Below, in pieces: positions 18,858 to 28,197 of a DNA stretch of 64,000 nt. The number at the start of each line of letters is the position of its first letter. Within the stretch, counting starts at the first letter, position 1. The translations under genes were made by a program, and so were the position numbers. The notes below the pieces were generated by a model. That model was not told the DNA's origin, made no database searches, and saw only the letters and a list, made by a program, of their open reading frames with translations. Location: the NCBI GenBank assembly GCA_963663865.1, contig OY760686.1:800001-864000 (forward strand), written 5' to 3'. The DNA is from Spirochaetota bacterium. GTDB taxonomy: Bacteria > Spirochaetota > UBA4802 > UBA5550.

Positions 18858-21299
18858 ATGAAAAAAATTCTTTCAATTTTGTTAACTGTTGGAGTATGCG
18901 CTTTTTCGCTGGGGCTGACTTCCTGCGGGGATGACGAAAAAACGTCGCCGCCACCGGTAAATCCCAATGACGGGACAGCATGCGTTCAGGGTGAAAGCAT
19001 CTACTGTGTTGATGGCGTTTATCAACAGCCGAATATAGTAATCGGCGAAGGCGTAGATAAGCAGAAACTCACAGTTGATGTCGAGGACGCTGAAGGGAAC
19101 ACTGTAACCTATACGTTCAAGGATTCTGACGGAGACGGTACTCTCGACAAGTACGAGGACTGGAGACTCAGTGCAAGCGACAGGGCCCAAGACCTCATCT
19201 ACGATCAGGAAATGTCGACCGATTATAAGATAGCATTTCTCTTTGAAATTGGTTACGGAATGGGACCGGGAGTCGGTGGTTCAATACCAACTGATGGAGT
19301 TGTCCCTGCAACAAACGCCACACAAATCACCGAATTCAAAGCAAGGTTTTCCATGCCCTCACAGAATCCGGATGTACCTGCCAGTACTCATGCGAAATTC
19401 ATGAACAACGCTCAAAAACTTGCCGAAGCGGCTGATTATGGGGTGCCTCTTGTGATATGTGTTGATCCGGCTACAGGCTGGGGAATAAACCAGAACGTCA
19501 CCGGTTACGAAACTAAAAACGATTTTAAGGTAGTGGGACGCTGGTGCTATAATCTGGGGCTTGGGGCCATAAATGATCCTGAATACACCAGGGAAATCGC
19601 GGCTCTTCACGCTAAGGCTTACAAGGCCAACGGAGCTAACATGCTTCTCGGTCCAATGTGTGATGTTCTCACCGAGCCAAGATGGGCCAGGGTTTACGAC
19701 ACAATGGGATCTGACCCGGAAATAGTTGGGAACAATGTAAAGGCATATATCCAGGGGCTTCAGGGCTCAGATGATGGAAGCGGAGTTCTCACAGTGGCCG
19801 CCACGATTAAGCACTTCCCCGGCGGAGGAGCCAACGAGGAAGGTCTTGACAGCCATACATTCCAGGGTCGATTCGCTGCAAACGATGGAAATGGATTTGA
19901 AGCTTATGTAAATGCATTCGGGAAGGCTCTTGAGGCCAAACCTGCATGTCTCATGCCATGTTACAGTGTTTTCCATAACGCTACATACAATGGCCATACA
20001 GCTGAAGAGCTTAAGACCTCACACCATGTCGAAGAAATCATGATAGACATCCTTCAGGAAGAATTCAAATACGAAGGTATGATTACCTCAGACTGGAACG
20101 CTGTCACAGGCGAAATGTCATGGGGTGGGATGACCGCGACCGCGAGTTTTGGAGCATGCAACTATGGATGGCCGACAGCTGAAGCCACTGTCCCTAATGC
20201 TGTAGAGTCATACGTTGCATGCGGAGGGCATCAGATCGGCGCGGGAGGTCCTAACTCATGGGAACAGGCTCTCGAAAGCGGACAGGTCACTGAAGATGAT
20301 GTATCTCGCTGCGCAAAAAAATGCGTTGAGGTTACATTCAAGCTTGGATTGTTCGAAAACCCGTATGTAGATGAAGAGAAAGCGGACGAAACAATGCTTG
20401 AAATTAAGGACAAAATTGCCGAAGTAACCAAAAAGGCAATGGTCCTGGTTAATAACAAGAACAGCGCTCTTCCGATCAATTCCGGTTTAAAGGTATACTT
20501 TGACGGAGTTGACGATGATACTGTTAGTACTTTCACTGGAATTACAAAGACAGATACACTGGCAGATGCCGATGTGGCAGTGATCAGGCTTGCTGCCCGT
20601 AAAGGCGATTACTACGGAGTTAAGTCCACATATGTAATCCAGGCAACAGACCCGGAGAGATATGGTGGTGTAGGCAAACAACTTGGTGGCGGTGTACCCA
20701 TCGGATTCAACGACATTATAAAAACCTACTTCCCGGATGCCGATCCCGGAAGCGAGGACAACACGAGGGGTGAGCCATATCTGGATCAAAATTCTAACAT
20801 GTCTGCCGGTTACGGAGGTCACAATCCGTATGAGGTTCGCAACCAGGCCATGGACGGAATCAGGAAGCTTCAAAGGGCAATCGCAGCGCGCGATACCGGC
20901 GGAGCAGCAGAGTCGACTCCAGTGGAGGGTACTAACGAAACATACTGGGACACTGACGCCACAAATCCCATCGACTGTGATACTAACGGCGACGGAGATT
21001 ATGATGATGCAGGATTCGCTGCAAACAGCAATCTCAAGATTGTTGCATGCGTATTTGGAGTTAGACCGTTCGAGTACCATGAAGTGTTTAACAGTGTAGA
21101 TGCGATGGTGGTTGAATTCGGTATTAACGACGAAAATCTGCTCAGCGCCCTTCTCGGAGAGGATGACTTCTCATTCTCATCGAAGCTCCCTTATGGACTT
21201 CCGGCAAACAACGCTGTTGTAGAAGCTGCCAAGGAAGATTTAAGCGAAGATGAGTCGTCCATTCCGGTAGCGCGGGGAACAGGAATTACCGGCTGGTAA
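18858..21299 (+). CDS. Glycoside hydrolase family 3 (beta-glucosidase-like) lipoprotein
   Basis: Lipobox LTSC. FKDSDGDGTLDKYEDWRL, EPRWAR, KHFPGGG, MPCYS, nucleophile ITSDW, LGLFENPY. Strong SD AGGAGGAGG. Confidence 0.92.
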   Translation: MKKILSILLTVGVCAFSLGLTSCGDDEKTSPPPVNPNDGTACVQGESIYCVDGVYQQPNIVIGEGVDKQKLTVDVEDAEGNTVTYTFKDSDGDGTLDKYEDWRLSASDRAQDLIYDQEMSTDYKIAFLFEIGYGMGPGVGGSIPTDGVVPATNATQITEFKARFSMPSQNPDVPASTHAKFMNNAQKLAEAADYGVPLVICVDPATGWGINQNVTGYETKNDFKVVGRWCYNLGLGAINDPEYTREIAALHAKAYKANGANMLLGPMCDVLTEPRWARVYDTMGSDPEIVGNNVKAYIQGLQGSDDGSGVLTVAATIKHFPGGGANEEGLDSHTFQGRFAANDGNGFEAYVNAFGKALEAKPACLMPCYSVFHNATYNGHTAEELKTSHHVEEIMIDILQEEFKYEGMITSDWNAVTGEMSWGGMTATASFGACNYGWPTAEATVPNAVESYVACGGHQIGAGGPNSWEQALESGQVTEDDVSRCAKKCVEVTFKLGLFENPYVDEEKADETMLEIKDKIAEVTKKAMVLVNNKNSALPINSGLKVYFDGVDDDTVSTFTGITKTDTLADADVAVIRLAARKGDYYGVKSTYVIQATDPERYGGVGKQLGGGVPIGFNDIIKTYFPDADPGSEDNTRGEPYLDQNSNMSAGYGGHNPYEVRNQAMDGIRKLQRAIAARDTGGAAESTPVEGTNETYWDTDATNPIDCDTNGDGDYDDAGFAANSNLKIVACVFGVRPFEYHEVFNSVDAMVVEFGINDENLLSALLGEDDFSFSSKLPYGLPANNAVVEAAKEDLSEDESSIPVARGTGITGW

Positions 21300-21352
21300 T
21301 GAGTTTGACGTACATTTGCTTTTACTCTTTTATTGAGTAGGAGTATAGAACA

Positions 21353-21388
21353 ATGGGCTCCCGGAAACAGGGGGCCCATCTGTTTTTC
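21353..21388 (+). terminator. Intrinsic terminator after GH3
   Basis: ATGGGCTCCC-GGAAACA-GGGGGCCCAT followed by CTGTTTTT. Confidence 0.7.
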
Positions 21389-21437
21389 TCGAGTGATAAA
21401 TGAAGAAGTCTATTTCTCTGGCATGTCTCTCGTAACC

Positions 21438-22670
21438 TCAACAGTCGAGATTATCAGTTTTGTTGGAAATCTGTTTCTTTTGTTTTCGGCTGCCGTTCTG
21501 ACCAATCTTTCGGAAGTCCGCGGGTGTAATCTTCATTATGCTTGAGAATGTCCTGTAAAAGGTACCGATGTGTTCAAAGCCTGAGTCACGAGCTATCTCT
21601 GAAATCGGTTTGGATGTTTCAGCCAGCTCCGAAGCGGCCTTATTGATTCTAAGCGTGTAAATGTATTCCTGAATCCTCTTTCCTGTGTATATCTTGAAGT
21701 ATCTTCCGAGATTGTCCGCATTGAGTTCTGCTATCTGAGCAAGTCCTTCCCTGGAAATGTCGCGCTCAAAGTTTGAGCGGATATAAGCGATAACCCTGAG
21801 TATCTTTTTTTCAATTATTTCAGTAATTCTCCAGGATGAAGTCTGAATTATGCTTCCGTGTTCTTCATGCCCGGAACTGTATTTAAGATATGCGTCGATG
21901 TAGTTTGTTCTAATTCTATATACGATAAAAGGGGTGATTAAAAGCATAAACGCAAGCGCAAATATTGAGCCTCGCAGAGTTATGTTGAAATAGTGTTGAA
22001 CTCTTTCTTTGTTGATGGATGAAAGCGAAAGGTTGAGGGTTCCGATTTCCCTTCCGTTAAAGTTGTAGTCCCTGTTTACGGTGATTATTGAGTTTGCAGG
22101 ATACTTCCGTTTAAATTCTGCAATCCTGAAGCCGCTGGTATCTTTTATTGAAAGTTCAGCGATATCCGGATTCGAAAAGTAATAGGCTGAGATACGTTCG
22201 ATTGCTGATGTGTCGTAGTTCCACAGGTTGAAGAGGGTGGAATTGACTATCTCTGCTGCAAGATTGCCGGCTGTACTCAGCAGAGAAAGATCAATAATCC
22301 CCACTTCATAGTAAGCGATGATATTTTCTTCCATTATAAATTCTTTGTTCAAGCGGAAGGCTGTATTGGCATTTTTTACACAGTGATATACCTCTTTCTT
22401 CTCCGAATCATAGATTTTGATTGAGCTTATTTCATCACTGGTACAAAAAGGCCTTGCGAACTCTTCAACCGCTTTGTAATCATGGGCCATCAGTGGATGC
22501 CAGGTGGATGATATTATCTGGTCAATATATGTCTGGTTCTTCTTTCTAAGCACTGAAGTGCTTTTATCTGCGTAGTACAACGCTAATATAAGTGTTCCTG
22601 AGAAGAGAATAAAGAATATAAAAAGGGTGCCAAACATTAGTTTGTTATTGGAGATGATAATTCTCAGCAT
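21438..22670 (-). CDS. Membrane-anchored AraC-family regulator with periplasmic sensor domain (copy 2)
   Basis: Colinear paralog of 15058-16290 (shared SNNKL, FNLWNY, ISREGLA, DNLGRYFK, MKITPADFR). Start 22670 by alignment; TTG 22718 possible. Confidence 0.88.
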   Translation of the reverse strand: MLRIIISNNKLMFGTLFIFFILFSGTLILALYYADKSTSVLRKKNQTYIDQIISSTWHPLMAHDYKAVEEFARPFCTSDEISSIKIYDSEKKEVYHCVKNANTAFRLNKEFIMEENIIAYYEVGIIDLSLLSTAGNLAAEIVNSTLFNLWNYDTSAIERISAYYFSNPDIAELSIKDTSGFRIAEFKRKYPANSIITVNRDYNFNGREIGTLNLSLSSINKERVQHYFNITLRGSIFALAFMLLITPFIVYRIRTNYIDAYLKYSSGHEEHGSIIQTSSWRITEIIEKKILRVIAYIRSNFERDISREGLAQIAELNADNLGRYFKIYTGKRIQEYIYTLRINKAASELAETSKPISEIARDSGFEHIGTFYRTFSSIMKITPADFRKIGQNGSRKQKKQISNKTDNLDC

Positions 22671-22774
22671 TTTCAGCGCCTTCAAATTGAAAAGTTGTGT
22701 TCGCCTCTTACTGTCCAAAAACCAGGTGAAAAAATGACAGTGGTTTTAAAATGTTTAATCATAAAATAGGTAGA

Positions 22775-23956
22775 TTATTTTTTATCTGAGAGTTTTTTTA
22801 CTATGTTGTGGTACGAAAAGTCGTATCTGTCTATATTACTATTGTTATAGCGTGAGAATTCCCTGAAATCAATGGTTTTGATGTTCTCCGGGAATAATAG
22901 TCTTTTCATCTCAAGACTGTTTCCTCTTAGAGCTGGAATCAGTCTGGTTCGAAATTCGGTCTTATCATCAGCAAAATCTATTCCCCGAAGATAATCGCTT
23001 ACGAGAACGATGGAGAACGCGGCGTCGAGAAGGTGGCCGCCAAGGCTTGCAGTCATTTTACCTTTTGAAATCATGTCGAGAGCGTCGCTGTGGAGATCGA
23101 AGCCGCCAATGAGGATGTCTCTTCCGGGCGAGAGTCCCATCTTTTCAGCCTTCTTGAGTGCGGCAAGGGCGAGGGTGTCCCCCACAGTCCAGATTGCATC
23201 GGTTTCGGGGTAGCGGCTTCGTTTGATGTAGAAGAACTTTTTCTCAGCTTCCTGAGGTAAATAGTATGTTAGAAATACCTGATTAAGAACAGCATTATTA
23301 TCTTCTTTGACAGCTTTTTTCAGGCCCTCAACTCGTTGCACCGAGGCCCCGTCTACGGCAGTTCCGGCAAGAGCTGAAATGCTCACCCGGTTTCTGTTAA
23401 AAACCCTTCTTGATTCCTGAATGAGGATTTTAGCAAGGTCGTAGCCCCCCATAAAATCGTCGGGTACTATTTCACCTATCCAGTGTTTATATCTCTCCCG
23501 CGGAGAACCAAGCCTGTCCCGCATAATGTTTGAATTGAAGATGAAGAATGGAATTCCCCTTTTTTCGCAATAGTCAAAAATATCCATACACAGAGGGATG
23601 TTGTTCATGATAATAAATGCGTCTATGTGTTTATTGGTAATCTGATTATCAATCTCCTTTCTTAACTCATTCCCCGATGTTGAAATAACAATCATATCAA
23701 AATCAACCTTGAGGTCGTCAGCCGCATAGCTCATGAAATCATAGGTGGTTTTATAAAAAAAAGAGTGTTTTAAGAGGAGCTGCTTGGATGATTCGGGATC
23801 CTTCTTTTCCTGTAAGGAAAAAGGGAGAAGGTGACGTATCCTGATTATGTCTTTTTCGGATGCTTCTTTTTCTTTGTCTTTAATACACCCAAAAAAACAG
23901 AATAATGTCATAAAGAATGAGATTGCAGTGAACGTTACCTGGAATCGTAGTTTCAT
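22775..23956 (-). CDS. Type I periplasmic binding lipoprotein (copy 2)
   Basis: Lipobox FFGC. Colinear paralog of 16430-17614 (WIGEIVPDD, KFFYIKRSRYP, GGHLLD, YDFSY). Confidence 0.85.
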   Translation of the reverse strand: MKLRFQVTFTAISFFMTLFCFFGCIKDKEKEASEKDIIRIRHLLPFSLQEKKDPESSKQLLLKHSFFYKTTYDFMSYAADDLKVDFDMIVISTSGNELRKEIDNQITNKHIDAFIIMNNIPLCMDIFDYCEKRGIPFFIFNSNIMRDRLGSPRERYKHWIGEIVPDDFMGGYDLAKILIQESRRVFNRNRVSISALAGTAVDGASVQRVEGLKKAVKEDNNAVLNQVFLTYYLPQEAEKKFFYIKRSRYPETDAIWTVGDTLALAALKKAEKMGLSPGRDILIGGFDLHSDALDMISKGKMTASLGGHLLDAAFSIVLVSDYLRGIDFADDKTEFRTRLIPALRGNSLEMKRLLFPENIKTIDFREFSRYNNSNIDRYDFSYHNIVKKLSDKK

Positions 23957-24074
23957 TGTCTAGCGCCTCTTTTCGCATAAGGGAGGAAGTTAAAAAAACA
24001 GAGCTGTCGGTGCTAAACTCAATGTTAGTAGAATAAAGGAAATTCTACCTCAAGAGCTGCACGGTTTTGCCGCA

Positions 24075-24090
24075 AGCTGTTTCAATGCCA
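24075..24090 (-). promoter_or_regulatory. Possible sigma54 promoter for binding protein copy 2
   Basis: Minus strand TGGCATTGAAACAGCT has GG-N10-GC spacing but a non-consensus -12 (CAGC). Confidence 0.3.
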
Positions 24091-24356
24091 TTTTTATATC
24101 GCTTTACTTTACTATACAAGCGGCTATTATACCGGATGTTCTTAAATTCTGATATCAGCATCTAAGAAACAAAAACGGACGAATTGCATAAAAGGTTTCC
24201 CCTTATTAAAGCATGATTTCCGCTTTCTATCAAGGAATAAAATAGCTGATGTTATGAAAATTGCGAAAATATAGAGGCCGTACATCCGATACTTTAGTGG
24301 ATGGGCCTGTTCAGGTATGCGCCTGACAGAACGGCTCAAAAAACTTTCGGCATAAG

Positions 24357-26723
24357 ATGATAATGAAGATATTTATCCGGATAACGCTTGCTCTTTTGTT
24401 GGGGGGGGCGGTTTTCCCGTTATTAGTAATAGTAAAATCATATTCCGATGTATATCATGTTCTGAAGCAGGAAATCCGTTACAATCCCGATCTGCCGGCC
24501 AGGATTTATGACATCAGGGGGCGCCTGATCTCGCAGATATACACAGAAAGACGCAGTTTCTGCCGTCTGGATGACATGTCTCCTTATGTAAAGGCCGCTT
24601 TTATTACAGCGGAAGACCGTGCGTTCTACGAGCACAGCGGATACAGCCTGTTTTCCATACTGAGGGCGGCCGTTGTCGATGTAATGCAGGGAGGCATAAG
24701 GCAGGGAGGGTCTACAATTACCCAGCAGCTTGCAAAGCAGCTTTATACTGGCGGAACCCGGACTATATCACGTAAGCTGAGCGAGCTTTTTATCGCGCGA
24801 GAACTGGAACGGCGTCTTTCAAAAGAACGAATTCTTGAGATGTATCTTAATCTGATCTACTTCGGGCACGGGGCCTATGGCGTTAAGTCTGCCGCTCATT
24901 TTTTCTTTGGGGAGGATATTGGCTCTCTGAAACCGGCTGAGGCGTCGCTTCTATCGGTAATCCCTTCAGCCCCGAACCGCAACTCGCCTCTCAGGGACCC
25001 GGAGTCAGCCTTCCGGAGGGCGCTCAATGTGCTCAGGGTTATGGCCGAAAATGGAGCCATGTCCCCGGAAATATTAGAATCAGAATCTGTAAGACTGAAG
25101 AGTGAAATAATACCTGCGCTTCTTTTCAGGCCACCTTCCGAGACAGTTCGCCATTCACAGGTTGATCATGCTCCATTCTTTACCGAGTATGTCCGCAAAA
25201 TACTTGTTGATAATTACGGCGAAAATATTGTTTACCGGCGTGGTTTAGATGTACATACAACGCTTGATATTGACCTTCAGAAGTCGGCCGAAAAGCGCAT
25301 AAAGGAGATGCTCGGCGAGCGTATACATTCCGCGTATTCTTACAATATGCGCCGGCGCGGGGTCTTTGAGCGTGAATACGCTCTTGACCTGACTCGGAGG
25401 AAAAGCCCCGGGAAAGCTGATTCATCACTGTCTTCCAATATGGTATCAATTCATAGCGGCAGTGCGCTCGACGCGGCGCTCGTTATATCGGAACTCTTTG
25501 GGGCTGAGCGGGCCTCGGAAGCCGTGGAGGCCTCAATGGAAAGGTATGACAGGGTGCTGGATCAGTCACGGCTTGAGGCGGCTTTTATAGCTATTGATTC
25601 CAGCGGTGGCGGCATCAGGGCCATGGTCGGAGGAGCAGACATGGCGGATGGAGGGCAGCTGAACAGAGCTGTCCAGGCTTACAGACAGCCGGGTTCTGCT
25701 TTTAAGGCCTTCGTCTACGGAGCCGGAATTGAGAGCGGAGCGATAACCGCGGCAACACGCTTTCAGGACCTTCCAATGGTGTTTAAGCAGGGGTCAAAAA
25801 CATGGGAACCTTCGAATTACGGACGAGACTTCAGCGGAAGCGTTCTTGCAAGAAAAGCCGTGGCCGCTTCATTGAATACAGTGGCCGTTCTTGCGCTCGA
25901 AAAGGCCGGCCCCAAGACGGTGGCATCTTTCGCTTCAAGGCTGACCGGAGCTCCGAAGAGCCGGTTTGAGCTTGACGGAACGCTTGCGCTCGGCACATCA
26001 GAGCTTTCCCCGCTTGAGCTGGCAAAAGGCTTCGCGGTGTTTGCCAATGGGGGCAGGGCAGTTTCTCCACATACAGTTGTAAAAATAGCGGATAGGAGCG
26101 GGAACGTCTATTTTGAAAAAAAAGCGGTATCGGATAAAAAGGTAATCTCTCCGGAGACCGCCTACATTGTAAATGACATGCTGCGCGACGTGGTAGACAG
26201 AGGAACAGCAACAGCAGCCATAAGGCGAAGGGCCGGACTGAGGCTGCCCGCTTCCGGGAAAACGGGGACAAACACGGGTTACAGAGACGCCTGGTTCGCG
26301 GGCAGTATACCGGGGTTGACAGCAGTTGTGTGGTTCGGATGCAATTCTCAGAGATTCTCGCTCGGCCCTGGTGCGTCCGCTTCTGTTATCGCGGCGCCTG
26401 TCTGGGGCAGAATAATGAGGGATGCCTCATCTGTCATGAGTCAGCGCTCATTTCCGGCGAGGCCTGCCGGAGTCAGCACGGTGACCGTATGTCCGTTAAC
26501 CGGTAAACGGGCATCCTCCGGGTGCGGGGGAGCAACTGAGTTTTTTCGTCATGGTACTGAGCCCGATGAGGTATGCAGCGGAGAGCACAGCGATATCCTC
26601 AACCCTCTTTCGGGCTGGAAAAAGGCCGCTGACAAGCTTAAGGACAGAGAGCTTAAAAAAATTGAGCGGAAGCTGTATCCTGAGGATGAGGGCTGGGAGA
26701 TCGTTGAGCATAGTTTTGAATAA
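24357..26723 (+). CDS. Class A penicillin-binding protein (PBP1A family)
   Basis: Transglycosylase EDRAFYEH, GGSTITQQLAK, RKLSE, YLNLIYFG. Transpeptidase SAFK, SLN, KTG. Confidence 0.93.
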   Translation: MIMKIFIRITLALLLGGAVFPLLVIVKSYSDVYHVLKQEIRYNPDLPARIYDIRGRLISQIYTERRSFCRLDDMSPYVKAAFITAEDRAFYEHSGYSLFSILRAAVVDVMQGGIRQGGSTITQQLAKQLYTGGTRTISRKLSELFIARELERRLSKERILEMYLNLIYFGHGAYGVKSAAHFFFGEDIGSLKPAEASLLSVIPSAPNRNSPLRDPESAFRRALNVLRVMAENGAMSPEILESESVRLKSEIIPALLFRPPSETVRHSQVDHAPFFTEYVRKILVDNYGENIVYRRGLDVHTTLDIDLQKSAEKRIKEMLGERIHSAYSYNMRRRGVFEREYALDLTRRKSPGKADSSLSSNMVSIHSGSALDAALVISELFGAERASEAVEASMERYDRVLDQSRLEAAFIAIDSSGGGIRAMVGGADMADGGQLNRAVQAYRQPGSAFKAFVYGAGIESGAITAATRFQDLPMVFKQGSKTWEPSNYGRDFSGSVLARKAVAASLNTVAVLALEKAGPKTVASFASRLTGAPKSRFELDGTLALGTSELSPLELAKGFAVFANGGRAVSPHTVVKIADRSGNVYFEKKAVSDKKVISPETAYIVNDMLRDVVDRGTATAAIRRRAGLRLPASGKTGTNTGYRDAWFAGSIPGLTAVVWFGCNSQRFSLGPGASASVIAAPVWGRIMRDASSVMSQRSFPARPAGVSTVTVCPLTGKRASSGCGGATEFFRHGTEPDEVCSGEHSDILNPLSGWKKAADKLKDRELKKIERKLYPEDEGWEIVEHSFE

Positions 26724-26753
26724 TCAGCGGCCTTTACGGCCGGGGCGGTGTAA

Positions 26754-27788
26754 TTGATTGTATTGTGTTCATCATGCGGAGAAAAGCATTCGGGAATAAA
26801 TACGTCTGATCTTTCAGGCTCTGTTTTCGTGTGCCCGAACTGCGGCTCAGGTCTCAAGATTTTCCGATGCGGAAGCTGCGGGTCTTCATATACCATCAAG
26901 CTGGAAGGCATATCGCCCGATATATACTCCTTCTCATGCAGAAGATGTGCCTCCAGAATTGTTGTAAACATTGCAGAACGCGATTTTTCTTACAGTCTCC
27001 GTGGGCTTCCCCGCTCTGAGAGGAAAAAGTTTGTGCCGTCGCCGTCCCGATCTGAAGAAGCAGCGAAAAAAGTACCGGCAAAAAAAAGGACTTATTCTGT
27101 ATCCCGTGACGTGAAGCTGTCAATGGCGCTTTTTTATGCGGGGCTGCTTTCTTCAGCATCAGCTGCTGTCAGTATTATTCTGCTGATGTTTTTTTTGCGA
27201 ATGGGCGCGGTTTCTACTGCCGGCGTGCTGCTTGCCGGAGTTATCGCGCTTTTCCCAGCGGTTTTTGTAACAATGCTTGCGGGCGGTTCGCTTTCAGCCG
27301 GAGGCTTCAGGAGATTGGCTATGCCGCCGGCAAAATCCATTCTTAAGACGGCCGCTGTCTCTCTGGCTGTTGTGTTTCTGCCGGCAGCCTCATTCTTGGC
27401 CTTTGCTCTGCTGCCATCAGCAGCTGCGCCTGCTCTGTTCGCGGCGGCCCTAATTCCGATTTATATTATAGCAGTTATTATAGTGATATCTGTTAATATC
27501 GTTTTCTGGTTATATCCTGCAGTACTGTCTGCCGGACATGTAAGGCCGCTCAGCTTCATTGCTTCAAGTTGGGCGGCGGCAGCCGCGTATTCTGTACTGA
27601 TATCGGTTGTCGGATTTGTCATTCTTGCCGCTGTACTGCGTATTGCGTGGTTCATATACAGCGCGGCTGGTACGGCTGCTGCGTTTTTGGCCGGATATCT
27701 GCTGATAACTATTGCTGCTTCATTGTGTTATCTTATGGTGAAGATTGCATATATAAATATAGTCAATAATTCTCGAAGCTCATATTGA
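26754..27788 (+). CDS. Zinc-ribbon-containing multi-pass membrane protein
   Basis: Four CxxC motifs (CSSC, CPNC, CGSC, CRRC), basic linker, then about 6 hydrophobic segments. Confidence 0.7.
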   Translation: MIVLCSSCGEKHSGINTSDLSGSVFVCPNCGSGLKIFRCGSCGSSYTIKLEGISPDIYSFSCRRCASRIVVNIAERDFSYSLRGLPRSERKKFVPSPSRSEEAAKKVPAKKRTYSVSRDVKLSMALFYAGLLSSASAAVSIILLMFFLRMGAVSTAGVLLAGVIALFPAVFVTMLAGGSLSAGGFRRLAMPPAKSILKTAAVSLAVVFLPAASFLAFALLPSAAAPALFAAALIPIYIIAVIIVISVNIVFWLYPAVLSAGHVRPLSFIASSWAAAAAYSVLISVVGFVILAAVLRIAWFIYSAAGTAAAFLAGYLLITIAASLCYLMVKIAYINIVNNSRSSY

Positions 27789-27896
27789 AACGGGATTATA
27801 GCTGAAAATGGCTTATTTTTTGCGTCTACATGCCGATCATTAATCCGGGTTTATAACTCTGTTCAGGGAGGAACAGATGCCCACAGGGAGGATCCT

Positions 27897-28061
27897 ATGA
27901 ATAGTCTCATGAAAACGGAGGATCGTGAGATAAAGCCTGCTAAGTTTAAGGAAAAGTCGGACAAGCTTCAGGAAATCCGGCGCCGGATCGCTGACGAGTC
28001 CTATCTGGATCACGCGATTTCAAAAATAGCTACAGATTTATCTCATTATCTGACAAAGTGA
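27897..28061 (+). CDS. Small 54-aa protein absent from the ORF track (MNSLMKTEDREIKPAKFKEKSDKLQEIRRRIADESYLDHAISKIATDLSHYLTK), FlgM C-terminus-like pattern
   Basis: Translated by hand. Strong SD AGGGAGG directly upstream. Amphipathic KLQEIRRRI..ESY....ISKIA.DL pattern. Confidence 0.7.
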   Translation: MNSLMKTEDREIKPAKFKEKSDKLQEIRRRIADESYLDHAISKIATDLSHYLTK

Positions 28062-28155
28062 TTTTCGCGCTCAGCCGCGGGATACGGCTTTGTCCCTTAA
28101 CGGCAGGCGGGTAAAATTGAAATCGGGGGATAGTCTTCGGATTATCTCTGAACAG

Positions 28156-28187
28156 GGCAGCGTCTCAGAAGGGGCGCTGCCGTTTTT
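28156..28187 (+). terminator. Intrinsic terminator downstream of the small ORF
   Basis: GGCAGCGTCT...GGGCGCTGCC stem followed by GTTTTT. Confidence 0.7.
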
Positions 28188-28197
28188 CAGGAAGAAT

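Noticed and set aside
28090-28197. N-terminal extension of the AI-2E transporter
   Set aside because: Spans a terminator hairpin. ATG 28198 is more plausible.
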